A DNA stretch of 61,603 nt, counting the filler, from Candidatus Delongbacteria bacterium (GTDB taxonomy: Bacteria; UBA4055), in NCBI GenBank assembly GCA_016937995.1. It is 6 parts of 6 records of this genome, joined end to end, with 100 filler letters (N's around TTAATTAATTAA, not from the genome) between each part and the next. Parts side by side here need not be neighbours in the genome. Positions count along the whole stretch, not along the records: positions 26,412 to 41,056 come from JAFGVM010000086.1; positions 41,157 to 51,496 come from JAFGVM010000010.1; 4 more parts are not named here. The stretch is one strand, 5' to 3'. Below are positions 31,242-41,217 of this stretch, one piece after another. Numbering within the stretch: position 1 is the stretch's first letter; every line of letters begins with the position of its first letter. A program made the position numbers and the translations under genes. Below the pieces are notes generated by a model. It saw only the letters and a list, made by a program, of their open reading frames with translations. It searched no databases and was not told where the DNA came from.

Positions 31242-32888
31242 ATGAAAAAAATAGCTCTCATCATCTTTGTATGTATTATATCCTTAAGTGCTGAAACTCT
31301 CTTTGAGATCAAAGATAATAGTGGACAGCCTGTATTCTCGATTTCAGACGATGGAATGAGGGTTATAAATAACGGTGATACAATGATGGTAATAAGTTCA
31401 ACTGAAGCTAAGATCAATCTGGATAACAGTAAGGACAGGGGGTTGTCCAGATCTTTCAGTGTTACAACTTCAGCATCAAAAGCAAACGGTACAAATGTAT
31501 TAGAAGTTACAACAGACCAAACAATTATGAGAGAAAGCACACAGGGAGATCAATATACTAATTTCAGACCTGATAATATTTTTATAGGATTAAATTCGGG
31601 AGCTTTTTCTACAGGTACCCAAAATGTTTTTTTAGGCAATGAAAGTGGGATTAATAATTCATCAGGTAATTATAACATTATGATCGGTGATAAAGCGGGA
31701 TTTAATAATAGTACCGGGGGCGAAAATTTATTCATAGGTAATAATTCTGGGTACACCAATACTATAGGGACTTATAACTTTTTCATCGGTCATGATAGCG
31801 GAAAAAATAATACTGCCGGTAATAATATGTTCGTTGGGCATAATGCGGGTTTTACCAATAGTAGCGGTGATGCAAATTTATTTTTAGGCACAGATGCAGG
31901 AGCATATAATTCAGACGGTTCATCCAATGTTTTTATCGGTCAACAGACTGGTTTGTATAATACACATGGAGATAATAACACTTTTGTCGGAAGATGGTCA
32001 GGTAATTCGAACCAGCTGTATTCGAATGATAATACAATGATCGGTTATAAGGCAGGATCATCCCAAACATCAGGTAATCAAAATACATATATAGGATCAA
32101 GTTCAGGAATGTCAAAAACATCAGGCTACTATAACACTTTTGTCGGATTCGGTTCGGGTCAGAATAACGGAACAGGTGGGTATAATGCTTTCTATGGATA
32201 TCATGCTGGTTACAATAATACGGGAAACTATAATACATTCATAGGAATGCAGTCAGGATATAGTAATGCAGGATCAAACAGTGTGTTCCTTGGATATAAA
32301 TCAGGATATAACGAAACAGCATCCAATAGACTCTATATTGAAAATTCTGATTCTGCAGCTCCGCTGATATATGGAGAATTCGATAATGATTTGGTCCAGA
32401 TCAACGGAGAACTTACCACCACAGGCAACCTATTTATGAACGGAGCATATTTCAAGATATTAACAAATCCCGGGACGGATGCAGTTCCGACAAACTACGT
32501 TTATCAGGGTAGTAGTACTGCTTCAACATCAAAGCAGTACGCTTTCACTGTCAATGATGCACTTTGGGTCACATCTCATGCTTATATTGATGGATATATT
32601 CAGGTTGGTGGAGGAACTAATATCTCAAAGACACAGGCAGGTACTTATTCTGCAGGTGTAAATTCAACAGGTGGAGTTAAAACTGTCACAATTACATTTC
32701 CTACAGCCTTTACAACAACTCCTAAAGTTAATGTAACACCAAAAGGACAGAATTTTACTGATACTTTCGCAGTAACGACTAGAAATATAACAACAACATC
32801 TTTTCAGGTGAACATATACAGAGTCGACAGTCCGGGTGGAATATGGGGACAGACATTGTCACTTGACTGGTTTGCTTGGCAACAATAA
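31242..32888 (+). CDS. Fibre-like paralogue 4, with a C-terminal H-type-lectin-like domain
   Basis: Shared N-terminus and repeats; VTITFPTAFTTTPKV...NITTTSFQV...W...LSLDWFAW. Confidence 0.82.
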   Translation: MKKIALIIFVCIISLSAETLFEIKDNSGQPVFSISDDGMRVINNGDTMMVISSTEAKINLDNSKDRGLSRSFSVTTSASKANGTNVLEVTTDQTIMRESTQGDQYTNFRPDNIFIGLNSGAFSTGTQNVFLGNESGINNSSGNYNIMIGDKAGFNNSTGGENLFIGNNSGYTNTIGTYNFFIGHDSGKNNTAGNNMFVGHNAGFTNSSGDANLFLGTDAGAYNSDGSSNVFIGQQTGLYNTHGDNNTFVGRWSGNSNQLYSNDNTMIGYKAGSSQTSGNQNTYIGSSSGMSKTSGYYNTFVGFGSGQNNGTGGYNAFYGYHAGYNNTGNYNTFIGMQSGYSNAGSNSVFLGYKSGYNETASNRLYIENSDSAAPLIYGEFDNDLVQINGELTTTGNLFMNGAYFKILTNPGTDAVPTNYVYQGSSTASTSKQYAFTVNDALWVTSHAYIDGYIQVGGGTNISKTQAGTYSAGVNSTGGVKTVTITFPTAFTTTPKVNVTPKGQNFTDTFAVTTRNITTTSFQVNIYRVDSPGGIWGQTLSLDWFAWQQ

Positions 32889-32921
32889 ATAAAAATTTAA
32901 TATTGAGGAAAAGGATAAAAT

Positions 32922-34583
32922 ATGAAGATTGTAAAATTTATTTTGATGCTAATTGTTATAGCTTCTCTAAGCGCAGAAACTCTTTTTGAAATTAAAGATA
33001 ACAGTGGACAGCCTGTATTCTCGATTTCAGACGATGGTTTAAGGGTTATAAATAACGGTGATACAATGATGGTCATAAGTTCTACTGAAGCTAAGATCAA
33101 TCTGGATAACAGTAAAAACAAAGGCTTGTCAAGATCGTTTGCAGTTACAACATCAGCTTCAAAAAAATCAGGAACAGTAAATGTTATGGAGGTTGGAACA
33201 CAATCCACTACACTTCGTGAAGGTGAGGCAGGAGATCAATACACGCAATTTAGCCCTGAAAATCTTTTTATCGGTTTAAATGCGGGAATTCATACGACAC
33301 CATACAGTTATTGGGGAGGAATGAATAATATTTTCCTTGGAAACTCTAGTGGCTATTGGAATGATTGGGGAACAGATAACATTTTTATTGGAGATAGTAC
33401 CGGTTTTAACAGCAAAAATACAGATAAAAATATATTCATCGGAAATCTTGCTGGATTTAATACTGAGTCAGATGATCCTGGATATGGTAGTTCGAATGTA
33501 TTTATCGGTGTTAAGTCGGGGTACTCAAATATAGAAGGTATGCATAGTGTTTATGTAGGTCAGCAAACTGGTGAAATGAATTACAATGGAACAGCGAATG
33601 TTTTTATTGGTAGCCTTACGGGTAAGGAAAATAACAGTAATTTTAACACTGCTGTTGGAGGAACTACGTTTTACAAAAATACTTCAGGTTCAAGTAACAC
33701 AACTTTAGGATGTTTTGCAGGTTATAATAATTTAACAGGTTCCAGGAATGTTTTTTTAGGTTACAAAGCAGGTTATAATGAAACCGGTTCAGATAGATTG
33801 TATATTGATAATTCAGACACCTCAACACCTTTGATCTGGGGTGATTTCAGCGCAAACACTTTAAGATTTAACGGCAATGTCGGAATTAATACAGCACCAA
33901 GCTCAAGTTATGGTTTATATTCTCTTAGCGATTACAGGGGAGTTTATGGCTATGCTTATACTTCAGCAGATGATTTTACTTACGGTGTTTATGGATACGG
34001 ATATGGGGGAGCTGTAAGGAATGTTGGAGTGTACGGAACTTCTGGTGGCACTGGAACTAACTGGTCAGGGTATTTTGTAGGAAATGTTTATGTAGGTGGA
34101 ACTGTTTCAAAATCAGCAGATGAAATTAAGATCGATCATCCACTCGATCCGGAAAATAAATTTTTATACCACTCAGATATTTCGAGTGATCAAATGACAA
34201 ATATTTATCATGGTAATGTAATTCTCGGTCATAATGGTGCTGCTGAAGTTATATTGCCTGATTGGACAGAAGAAATAAATAAAAATTTCAGGTATCAGCT
34301 TACAGCCATAGGAGCACCCGGACCTAATTTATATATTTCAAAAAAAATTGATAACAATAGTTTTGAAATTGCAGGTGGTTCAGAAGGAATGGAAGTATCA
34401 TGGCAGATCACCGGTATCAGAAATGATAAATATGCTCAAAAAAATCCAATGAAAGCAGAAGTTGAAAAAAGTAAGAATGAAAAAGGTTATTATTTACACC
34501 CTGAAGCATATGGTAAAACGGAAGAAATGGGTATAGAAGACCATATTCAAAAGATTGAAAGAAAATTAAAGGATGAAAATTAG
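32922..34583 (+). CDS. Fibre-like paralogue 5, with a C-terminal KIDHPLDP-type domain
   Basis: Shared N-terminus and repeats; GVYG repeats; KIDHPLDPENKFLYHS...FRYQLTAIGAPGPNLYI...VSWQITGIR. Confidence 0.82.
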   Translation: MKIVKFILMLIVIASLSAETLFEIKDNSGQPVFSISDDGLRVINNGDTMMVISSTEAKINLDNSKNKGLSRSFAVTTSASKKSGTVNVMEVGTQSTTLREGEAGDQYTQFSPENLFIGLNAGIHTTPYSYWGGMNNIFLGNSSGYWNDWGTDNIFIGDSTGFNSKNTDKNIFIGNLAGFNTESDDPGYGSSNVFIGVKSGYSNIEGMHSVYVGQQTGEMNYNGTANVFIGSLTGKENNSNFNTAVGGTTFYKNTSGSSNTTLGCFAGYNNLTGSRNVFLGYKAGYNETGSDRLYIDNSDTSTPLIWGDFSANTLRFNGNVGINTAPSSSYGLYSLSDYRGVYGYAYTSADDFTYGVYGYGYGGAVRNVGVYGTSGGTGTNWSGYFVGNVYVGGTVSKSADEIKIDHPLDPENKFLYHSDISSDQMTNIYHGNVILGHNGAAEVILPDWTEEINKNFRYQLTAIGAPGPNLYISKKIDNNSFEIAGGSEGMEVSWQITGIRNDKYAQKNPMKAEVEKSKNEKGYYLHPEAYGKTEEMGIEDHIQKIERKLKDEN

Positions 34584-34674
34584 AGGATTAAACTGTGAAT
34601 TTAGAAAAGAGTGACAGAAATCACAGATATAACTTAATTAATGAAATAAATTAGAATAAATTAAGGAGGAATTT

Positions 34675-37659
34675 ATGAAGTACAAACTACTGCTTCTGCT
34701 TCTATGGACCATGTCTGTTGTGCATGCGACAATAGTAGTAGATCCTAACTGTACTATCAATTTCGGGGCTTCCGATGTTTATATCAGCGGTGGGCTTCAG
34801 ATCGATCTTGTAAAAGATGTACCCAAGTATCCTACGATCACTTTTGATCCAGGTTCAAGATTGTATTTTGTCGGTTCTGGTGATGCTGATCTTACAAATG
34901 TATATGTACTGCGTAATGTTACGGTAGATAAACCCTCAGGTGATCTGTATATAAACAGCGGTCTTAATATTACAGGTAACCTTGATTTTGTGAGTGGAAA
35001 TCTTATCACAGGAGCAAATTCAGTAACTCTTGATCAGACTTTGAATGGCAATCTGTCCGGAGAGAGTGCAACTTCTTATGTAGTGGGAACGGTGGTTGCC
35101 AGCAGACTGATCGGTACTGGAACTTCAAATTTTGGAAACATCGGGTTTGCTATTACAAACTCAGGAAATAATCTTGGTACTGCTACAGTGACAAGAGAAT
35201 CCGGAAGCGGAAGTGATGTTAACATTTATGGTTCAAATGGTATCGAAAGAAAATGGACTTTAGGTACTTCTGTTGGTTTTACAGGTACCAGGAATGTTAC
35301 TTCAAGCTGGCTTTCAAATGAAGACAATGGTAATACTCTGGCCGATCTTAAAGTTTGGAAGTACGAACCGGCAAAAAGTGATGATTCTTATAATGATGTA
35401 GTTTCTCAGAAGAGAATATTAAAGAATTCTTCAAGCAAAACTGCAACTCGTTCAGACAGAGAAATAAGAGAGTCAGGCCCGGAAATTGATGATGATCTTG
35501 TGCAAATAGTTGAAACGGATCCTAAAACACTTGGATGGGTGGAAGTTGATGGTGCAAGTTTTAATACATCTTCATCTCCAAGGACCTCAATGTTCTCAAT
35601 TGATGCAGCTACAGTATTTACAATAAATGACGCACTGAATGCTTTTGCAGATGGTTCAGGAACTGAAGCTAATCCATATCAGATAGCAACCTTAGATCAA
35701 TTAGATGACGTAAGATACTATTTGTCTGCATGTTTCATCCAGATCGCAAATATTGATGCCTCGCCAACTACAGGTTGGGACTCTGGTGCAGGCTGGACTC
35801 CTATAAGTGGGTTTGGTGGAAAATATGATGGTCAGGGGCATACAATTTCAAACCTGTTTATTGACAGGACCACTAATAACATTGGGCTTTTTGGTGTAAC
35901 AAATGCGGGAAGTGAAATAAAAGATCTGGGACTTGAAAATGTTGATATTACCGGAGGAACATACACAGCTGGATTAGCTCCTTACAGCCAGGGAACAATA
36001 TCAGGATGTTATGTTAAAGGAACAGTTTCTTCTGCATATGATTATCTTGGTGGATTAGCCGGTTACGCAAGAACAGGGTCTTTCATTACAGATTCATATT
36101 CGTATGCTGATGTGATTTCAACTGCAGTGTCAGGATTGAATATAGGTGCTTTTTGCGGACGATTATATAACACACCAATAATAAACTGCTACTCTACGGG
36201 AAGTGTTACAATTAATAGTTCAAATCCCGGAAACAGGGGTTTTGTAGGTGCTGTAGGTACCGGAATCACTATGACTAATAATTTTTGGAACACTGAATTG
36301 TCCGGACAGACCACTACAGCGGGTACTGCTACAGGATTAACCACGAATGAGATGAGAACTTTATCAACATTTACAGATGCAACCTGGGATTTTCAGGATG
36401 AAAGTGCTAACGGTGTTGAAGATATTTGGGGAATGAATTATGCAGATAATAATGCATTTCCTTTCCTTAGCTGGCAGGGAATAGCTCATGATCCTATTTC
36501 GGGCTTTGCAGGAGGTATGGGAACAGAGTCTGAGCCGTTTTTAATATCAAATTTGACTGAGCTTGATAATGTGAGAAACTTTTTGACAGGTTATTATTTT
36601 TTACAAACCGACGATATAGATGCATCTGAAACTACTGGTTGGAATGGTGGGGACGGTTGGATACCAATAGGATATACAAGTCCTTATTTTACCGGAAGCT
36701 ATGATGGTGATAACCACAAAATATCTAATTTGTACTTCGATACCAGCCTTCAGTATTCCGGTCTTTTTGGTGTCGCTTATACAAATTCAGTTATAAAAAA
36801 CTTAGGATTGGTTGATATAGATGCAAATGGCGGAACTGTTTACTCAGGAACTATTTCAGGTTACAGTAATAGTGAAATTTCAAATTGTTTCGTATCAGGA
36901 ACTATTAGATCAAATAGCTATACAGGTGGATTTTTAGGATACTCAAATGGTGCTACGGTCTCTGATTGTTATTCAAAAGTTGATGTTACAAGAATAACCG
37001 GGAACACAGGAACATTTGTAGCAGGTTTTATAGGTTACAATGGATTAGGAACTATACAAAGATGCTATTCTATAGGTGCAGTATATTATGAAGATGCAAC
37101 AGATCCTGTTAACCGGGGATTTTCAGGAGGGAATACGGGAACCATCAGTGATAGTTTCTGGGATATAGAAACTTCCGGTCAGAGTACAAGTGGGGGTACT
37201 GCAACCGGTAAATCTACTGCTGAAATGCAGGATGTTTCAACATATACCGCTACAGCTACAGTAGGTCTGACCACTCCTTGGGACTTCGTGGGAGATCCTA
37301 ATGATGATGTAGCAGCTGATGACTACTGGAATATTCATGCAAGTCTTAACGGTGGATATCCTTACTTTGAGTGGGAGGGAAGGATCCCTGTTCTTGCACC
37401 GGGTAATGTAGTATTAGCATATGACGGAAGCGATGTGACAATTACCTGGGATGCTGTTTCAGGGGCGTCAGGTTATGCTGTCTATTCTTCAGATGATCCT
37501 TACGGAACGTTCAGTTTAGATGGATCGGGCTCTTTCAACGGAGAAGAGTGGACTGTATCTACAGCTGATCCAAGGATGTTCTATTTTGTGACAGCGACCA
37601 ACGCAACTAAGGAGACCCCTAAGACAATTAGCATGCAAAATCATGTTGTGAGTAAATAA
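34675..37659 (+). CDS. Large secreted protein with two GLUG-repeat modules and a C-terminal FN3-like domain
   Basis: AAGGAGG RBS; signal peptide; two F.GG.GT...P..I / YDG..H.ISNL modules; LAPGNVVL..DGSDVTITWDAVSGASGY.VYSSDDPY. Confidence 0.82.
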   Translation: MKYKLLLLLLWTMSVVHATIVVDPNCTINFGASDVYISGGLQIDLVKDVPKYPTITFDPGSRLYFVGSGDADLTNVYVLRNVTVDKPSGDLYINSGLNITGNLDFVSGNLITGANSVTLDQTLNGNLSGESATSYVVGTVVASRLIGTGTSNFGNIGFAITNSGNNLGTATVTRESGSGSDVNIYGSNGIERKWTLGTSVGFTGTRNVTSSWLSNEDNGNTLADLKVWKYEPAKSDDSYNDVVSQKRILKNSSSKTATRSDREIRESGPEIDDDLVQIVETDPKTLGWVEVDGASFNTSSSPRTSMFSIDAATVFTINDALNAFADGSGTEANPYQIATLDQLDDVRYYLSACFIQIANIDASPTTGWDSGAGWTPISGFGGKYDGQGHTISNLFIDRTTNNIGLFGVTNAGSEIKDLGLENVDITGGTYTAGLAPYSQGTISGCYVKGTVSSAYDYLGGLAGYARTGSFITDSYSYADVISTAVSGLNIGAFCGRLYNTPIINCYSTGSVTINSSNPGNRGFVGAVGTGITMTNNFWNTELSGQTTTAGTATGLTTNEMRTLSTFTDATWDFQDESANGVEDIWGMNYADNNAFPFLSWQGIAHDPISGFAGGMGTESEPFLISNLTELDNVRNFLTGYYFLQTDDIDASETTGWNGGDGWIPIGYTSPYFTGSYDGDNHKISNLYFDTSLQYSGLFGVAYTNSVIKNLGLVDIDANGGTVYSGTISGYSNSEISNCFVSGTIRSNSYTGGFLGYSNGATVSDCYSKVDVTRITGNTGTFVAGFIGYNGLGTIQRCYSIGAVYYEDATDPVNRGFSGGNTGTISDSFWDIETSGQSTSGGTATGKSTAEMQDVSTYTATATVGLTTPWDFVGDPNDDVAADDYWNIHASLNGGYPYFEWEGRIPVLAPGNVVLAYDGSDVTITWDAVSGASGYAVYSSDDPYGTFSLDGSGSFNGEEWTVSTADPRMFYFVTATNATKETPKTISMQNHVVSK

Positions 37660-37701
37660 GAGATTGCCATACATCGTTTTGATGTTCGCAATTACAACAT
37701 A

Positions 37702-37734
37702 AAAGAAGGGCAGATCTGTGATCTGCCCTTCTTT
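37702..37734. terminator. Bidirectional intrinsic terminator
   Basis: AAAGAAGGGCAGAT...ATCTGCCCTTCTTT between convergent genes. Confidence 0.75.
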
Positions 37735-37750
37735 CTTTATTAAATTTAAT

Positions 37751-40342
37751 CTATTCAACTACTCTCTTTACATCAGCGGAAGGTTGAGAAATAATTACAG
37801 CGGCATCATTAAGATATTTATTTGCAACAGCTTTGATTTGCTCAGGGGTTACTTTTCTAAGATCTACCAGTTGATCCTTCAAGAAATTGTAACCAAGACC
37901 CAAGGATTCATACCTTGTCATAGTACCTACCAACTGATTATCGGTAAAATACCCGTCAAGCATCTTTGCATAACCTTCTACAGACAGATTGATCTCTTCT
38001 TGACTTATATCACCATCGATCAATCTTTGAACTTCATGTTTAAGAACTTTGACAAGTTCATCTTTTTTACCTAAAGAAGTCTGAGCAACGATCCTGTAAA
38101 ATCCGTAGTCCTTAGTTCCTGAATAATATGAATATGCTGAATATACGAGGTCATTATCAACTCTCGTAGCCTTCATAAGTCTACCTGAGAAACCGTTAGC
38201 CATAACTTGATTTAAAGCTGTCATAGAAAAATATTCAGGATCTCCCTGTAATGGAGCTTGAAAGTTAATTACTACATTTACCTGCTCAAATTCGCATTCA
38301 TCAACAAATGTATCATTTAATTTAGGTACTACCAACGGGATCTTTTCCCCTTTAATTTTTCCATCAGGGATATTGTTCTTTATGTTCTTAGCGTATTTCT
38401 CTGCCTTATCTTTTGATATGTCCCCGAATAGTGTAACTATTATACTTTCTGCTTTAACATATTTTTTGTACATATTTTTGAGATCATCTCTGGAAATATT
38501 TTGCAAAATATCGTTTTTCTCTTTTGCAGTAACACCTGATTTTTGACCTTTGTAAAGAATTGATGATCTGAATTCATCATAAGCATGATTTGGGCTGCTG
38601 ATACTTCTTTTATATGAAGCATCTTCTCTTTCTTTGGCAAGTATTAATTCTTTTTCATCAAATTCAGGATCGTTCATAATGCTGTAAAATCTTTTAAGAA
38701 GCTCATCAAGATCTTCTTTGATGCATTTGAAGCTAACATAAACTCCGTTAGGGGAGATATTTGCATTTAATTGTATCGCATGGTCTTCCATCCAGGAAGT
38801 TAAGTCCATTGAAGAATAGTCTTTGGTGCCACCACTATACATGTTATCAATTAAGAACTGGAAAGTCCCGACATTTTCTAACGTTTCATAATCTGAAGAT
38901 ATCGGCAGGAATATTTCTCCCTGAATAACTGGATCAGTAGTATTCTGCTTGTAAAGTAAAGTAATATCATCATCGACCATGATCTTTTCGACATTAGACT
39001 TAACGACTTCTATCGTCTTATCCTGTATGCTTGATTTTTGTCCTTCAGGTACTGCAAAGTAGATAACTCTATTATCAGGGATATAGTATTTTTTTATTGC
39101 GTCTGTGACCTTCTTAGGAGTTAAAGCTTCATATTGAGCTATATGCATATCAAATATATCAGGAACTCCGTAAACCATCATATTCCAACCTATTTCCTGA
39201 GCTTCATCGTCTAATGCAGGAGTTGTTAAAATTTTCTGAGCTTTTTCTCTGGTGATAACTTCATCGATCTGCTTTTGAGTAATTCCTTTTTTTGCAACTT
39301 CAGCTATTATCTCATCAATTCTTCGAACTACTGTATCTAAATTTTTAGTCTCTTTAGTTTCAAATACATACTGGATCATAGTCTCTGGAAAATGACCACC
39401 ATCGTTAAAGTATCCATATATCCAGTTTACAAGTTTTTCTACTTCGACAAGATTATATTGTACTGGGGAATTTCTTTTTTCAAACAAGATCTGAGATGCC
39501 ATTGTTATAGCTGCAAAATCATCAGATTCTGCAGGAGGAATAAGTTTAGTAATAAATGCTCGTGGTTGCTGAATAGCAAATTCATCAACGTATTTAATAT
39601 TGCCAGGGCGAATTCTTTCTTTAGGTTGATATACAGGAACAAGAACGTCTCTTTCATAGTCCTTGAAAGTTTCCTCTATCTTTTTCATTGTTTCATCTAC
39701 ATCAAGATCACCTACAGCTACGAATATCATATTGTTAGGCATATATCTTCTACTGTAATAATCCATCATATCTTCTCTGGTGTTCTTTTTGAATATCTCA
39801 ATGTCACCGATAACCTCATTTTTCACATTAGAAGTAAGGAAAGTTCTTGCTCTCATTTTGTTATAAACTTTAGCCATAGGAGATGCAACCCGGTAAACAA
39901 ATTCTTTTACAATTACATCCTTCTCTCTCGTTACTTCAGTTGAGTCAAATGCACAATTTACTATATTATCAGCAAGTAATTCCAAAGTAGTGTCCGCATA
40001 TTTCTTATCAGCCTGCATATAGTAAACAGTTGCACCAAAAGTTGTATATGCATTTGAGATAGCTCCCAGTTCTTTTCTTTTATCAGAGTGCCATGCTTCT
40101 GTGTGATTTGTTGTAGAACCACCTGAAACAATATGCTCAAGGTAATGGGATAATCCCTTTCCTAAATATTCTCCTTCATCGATAGATCCAGTCTTTACGA
40201 ACATAAAGAATCCAACTGAAGTGTTACTTTTATTTTCCTTTACGACCACCTGCATTCCATTTGGTAGAGTTTTAGTAATAATATTCTCGGCGAATAAGGC
40301 AATGGAGAATATTAATGCTACGATAATGATGCTTTTTTTCAT
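37751..40342 (-). CDS. Secreted M16-family (pitrilysin/insulinase-like) zinc peptidase
   Basis: Signal peptide; LPNG, GS..E....KGLSHYLEH (HxxEH), NAYT and YY...Y.PNNM..VAVGD; two-lobed repeat. Confidence 0.92.
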   Translation of the reverse strand: MKKSIIIVALIFSIALFAENIITKTLPNGMQVVVKENKSNTSVGFFMFVKTGSIDEGEYLGKGLSHYLEHIVSGGSTTNHTEAWHSDKRKELGAISNAYTTFGATVYYMQADKKYADTTLELLADNIVNCAFDSTEVTREKDVIVKEFVYRVASPMAKVYNKMRARTFLTSNVKNEVIGDIEIFKKNTREDMMDYYSRRYMPNNMIFVAVGDLDVDETMKKIEETFKDYERDVLVPVYQPKERIRPGNIKYVDEFAIQQPRAFITKLIPPAESDDFAAITMASQILFEKRNSPVQYNLVEVEKLVNWIYGYFNDGGHFPETMIQYVFETKETKNLDTVVRRIDEIIAEVAKKGITQKQIDEVITREKAQKILTTPALDDEAQEIGWNMMVYGVPDIFDMHIAQYEALTPKKVTDAIKKYYIPDNRVIYFAVPEGQKSSIQDKTIEVVKSNVEKIMVDDDITLLYKQNTTDPVIQGEIFLPISSDYETLENVGTFQFLIDNMYSGGTKDYSSMDLTSWMEDHAIQLNANISPNGVYVSFKCIKEDLDELLKRFYSIMNDPEFDEKELILAKEREDASYKRSISSPNHAYDEFRSSILYKGQKSGVTAKEKNDILQNISRDDLKNMYKKYVKAESIIVTLFGDISKDKAEKYAKNIKNNIPDGKIKGEKIPLVVPKLNDTFVDECEFEQVNVVINFQAPLQGDPEYFSMTALNQVMANGFSGRLMKATRVDNDLVYSAYSYYSGTKDYGFYRIVAQTSLGKKDELVKVLKHEVQRLIDGDISQEEINLSVEGYAKMLDGYFTDNQLVGTMTRYESLGLGYNFLKDQLVDLRKVTPEQIKAVANKYLNDAAVIISQPSADVKRVVE

Positions 40343-40559
40343 TTTTATACCTTTTATTTAATTTTTCATAATAAGCTCGTATCTTTAGAACAGATCTTAA
40401 GATAATTAATTTTATATGTTACTCAAAGATAATAATGAATATTTAAACTAAATAAAATGATAAAGTGCAGTTTTGATGGTGTGAAAGTAGAATTGTTTAA
40501 TGTGTCAAAAGCAGAAATGTCGGGTTTAATTTAAATTAATTGACCAATAGATGGTCAGT

Positions 40560-40946
40560 TTAAAGTTTACTATGATCAGTCCACATGCGTTCGCACCGAT
40601 CTATCCAGAGTTTTTGATAGTCGGTTCTATTTAAAATTCTCCCGTCAAGATCTGAGATCGTTGTTATTTTTTCACTTAGACACCATTTTACACAAACTTT
40701 ATACAGATCCCAGTTAAGTTCATCTTCATCCCAGATGACTTTTGCTTTTTTTATACCTAATTTATTTAGAGCATACAATCTTGTGTGTCCGTCTGTGATA
40801 ACTATTTTTTTATCGAGTAATTTTATTGGGATCGGGTCATATGAGTTTATATCATTTGTGAGTTTAGTATTTACTGCTGCAAGTTTTTCTTCAGAGATGT
40901 ACAATTGGCTTGGTTGGAGAGATGATATTGGTTTTAGAAGTGGCAT
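40560..40946 (-). CDS. Small ParB/Srx-like N-terminal domain protein
   Basis: LQPSQLYISEEKL...PIPIK...ITDGHTRL motif. Confidence 0.65.
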   Translation of the reverse strand: MPLLKPISSLQPSQLYISEEKLAAVNTKLTNDINSYDPIPIKLLDKKIVITDGHTRLYALNKLGIKKAKVIWDEDELNWDLYKVCVKWCLSEKITTISDLDGRILNRTDYQKLWIDRCERMWTDHSKL

Positions 40947-40986
40947 GGTCTTTTTTTCTTGTAAACATATGGTTAAGTATTAAACT

Positions 40987-41056
40987 GTGCTAAAGCATTC
41001 GGACCCATAGATGATCACGTTGCGCCATTTTGCCAATGTTGTGGAAGTGTACACAA
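40987..41056 (-). repeat. Second copy of the empty cassette/partial attC repeat (see 5972-6042), at a contig end
   Basis: Revcomp TTGTGTACACTTCCACAACATTGGCAAAATGGCGCAACGTGATCATCTATGGGTCCGAATGCTTTAGCAC. Confidence 0.7.
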
Positions 41057-41174
41057 NNNNNNNNNNNNNNNNNNNNNNNNNNNNNNNNNNNNNNNNNNNN
41101 TTAATTAATTAANNNNNNNNNNNNNNNNNNNNNNNNNNNNNNNNNNNNNNNNNNNNATAAAAAGTAAGATAAAT

Positions 41175-41217
41175 GAATAAAAAAATCCCGGTTCAATTAA
41201 CCGGGATTTTTTTATTC
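41175..41217 (-). terminator. Intrinsic terminator of the membrane-protein operon
   Basis: GAATAAAAAAATCCCGGTT / AACCGGGATTTTTTTATTC hairpin immediately after the stop at 41218. Confidence 0.85.

Noticed and set aside
26412-34583. Asn-rich fibre genes as DGR targets, or as prophage tail genes
   Set aside because: No RGGSW...GFR VR match to the TR; the complete paralogues have signal peptides and there are no phage structural genes nearby.
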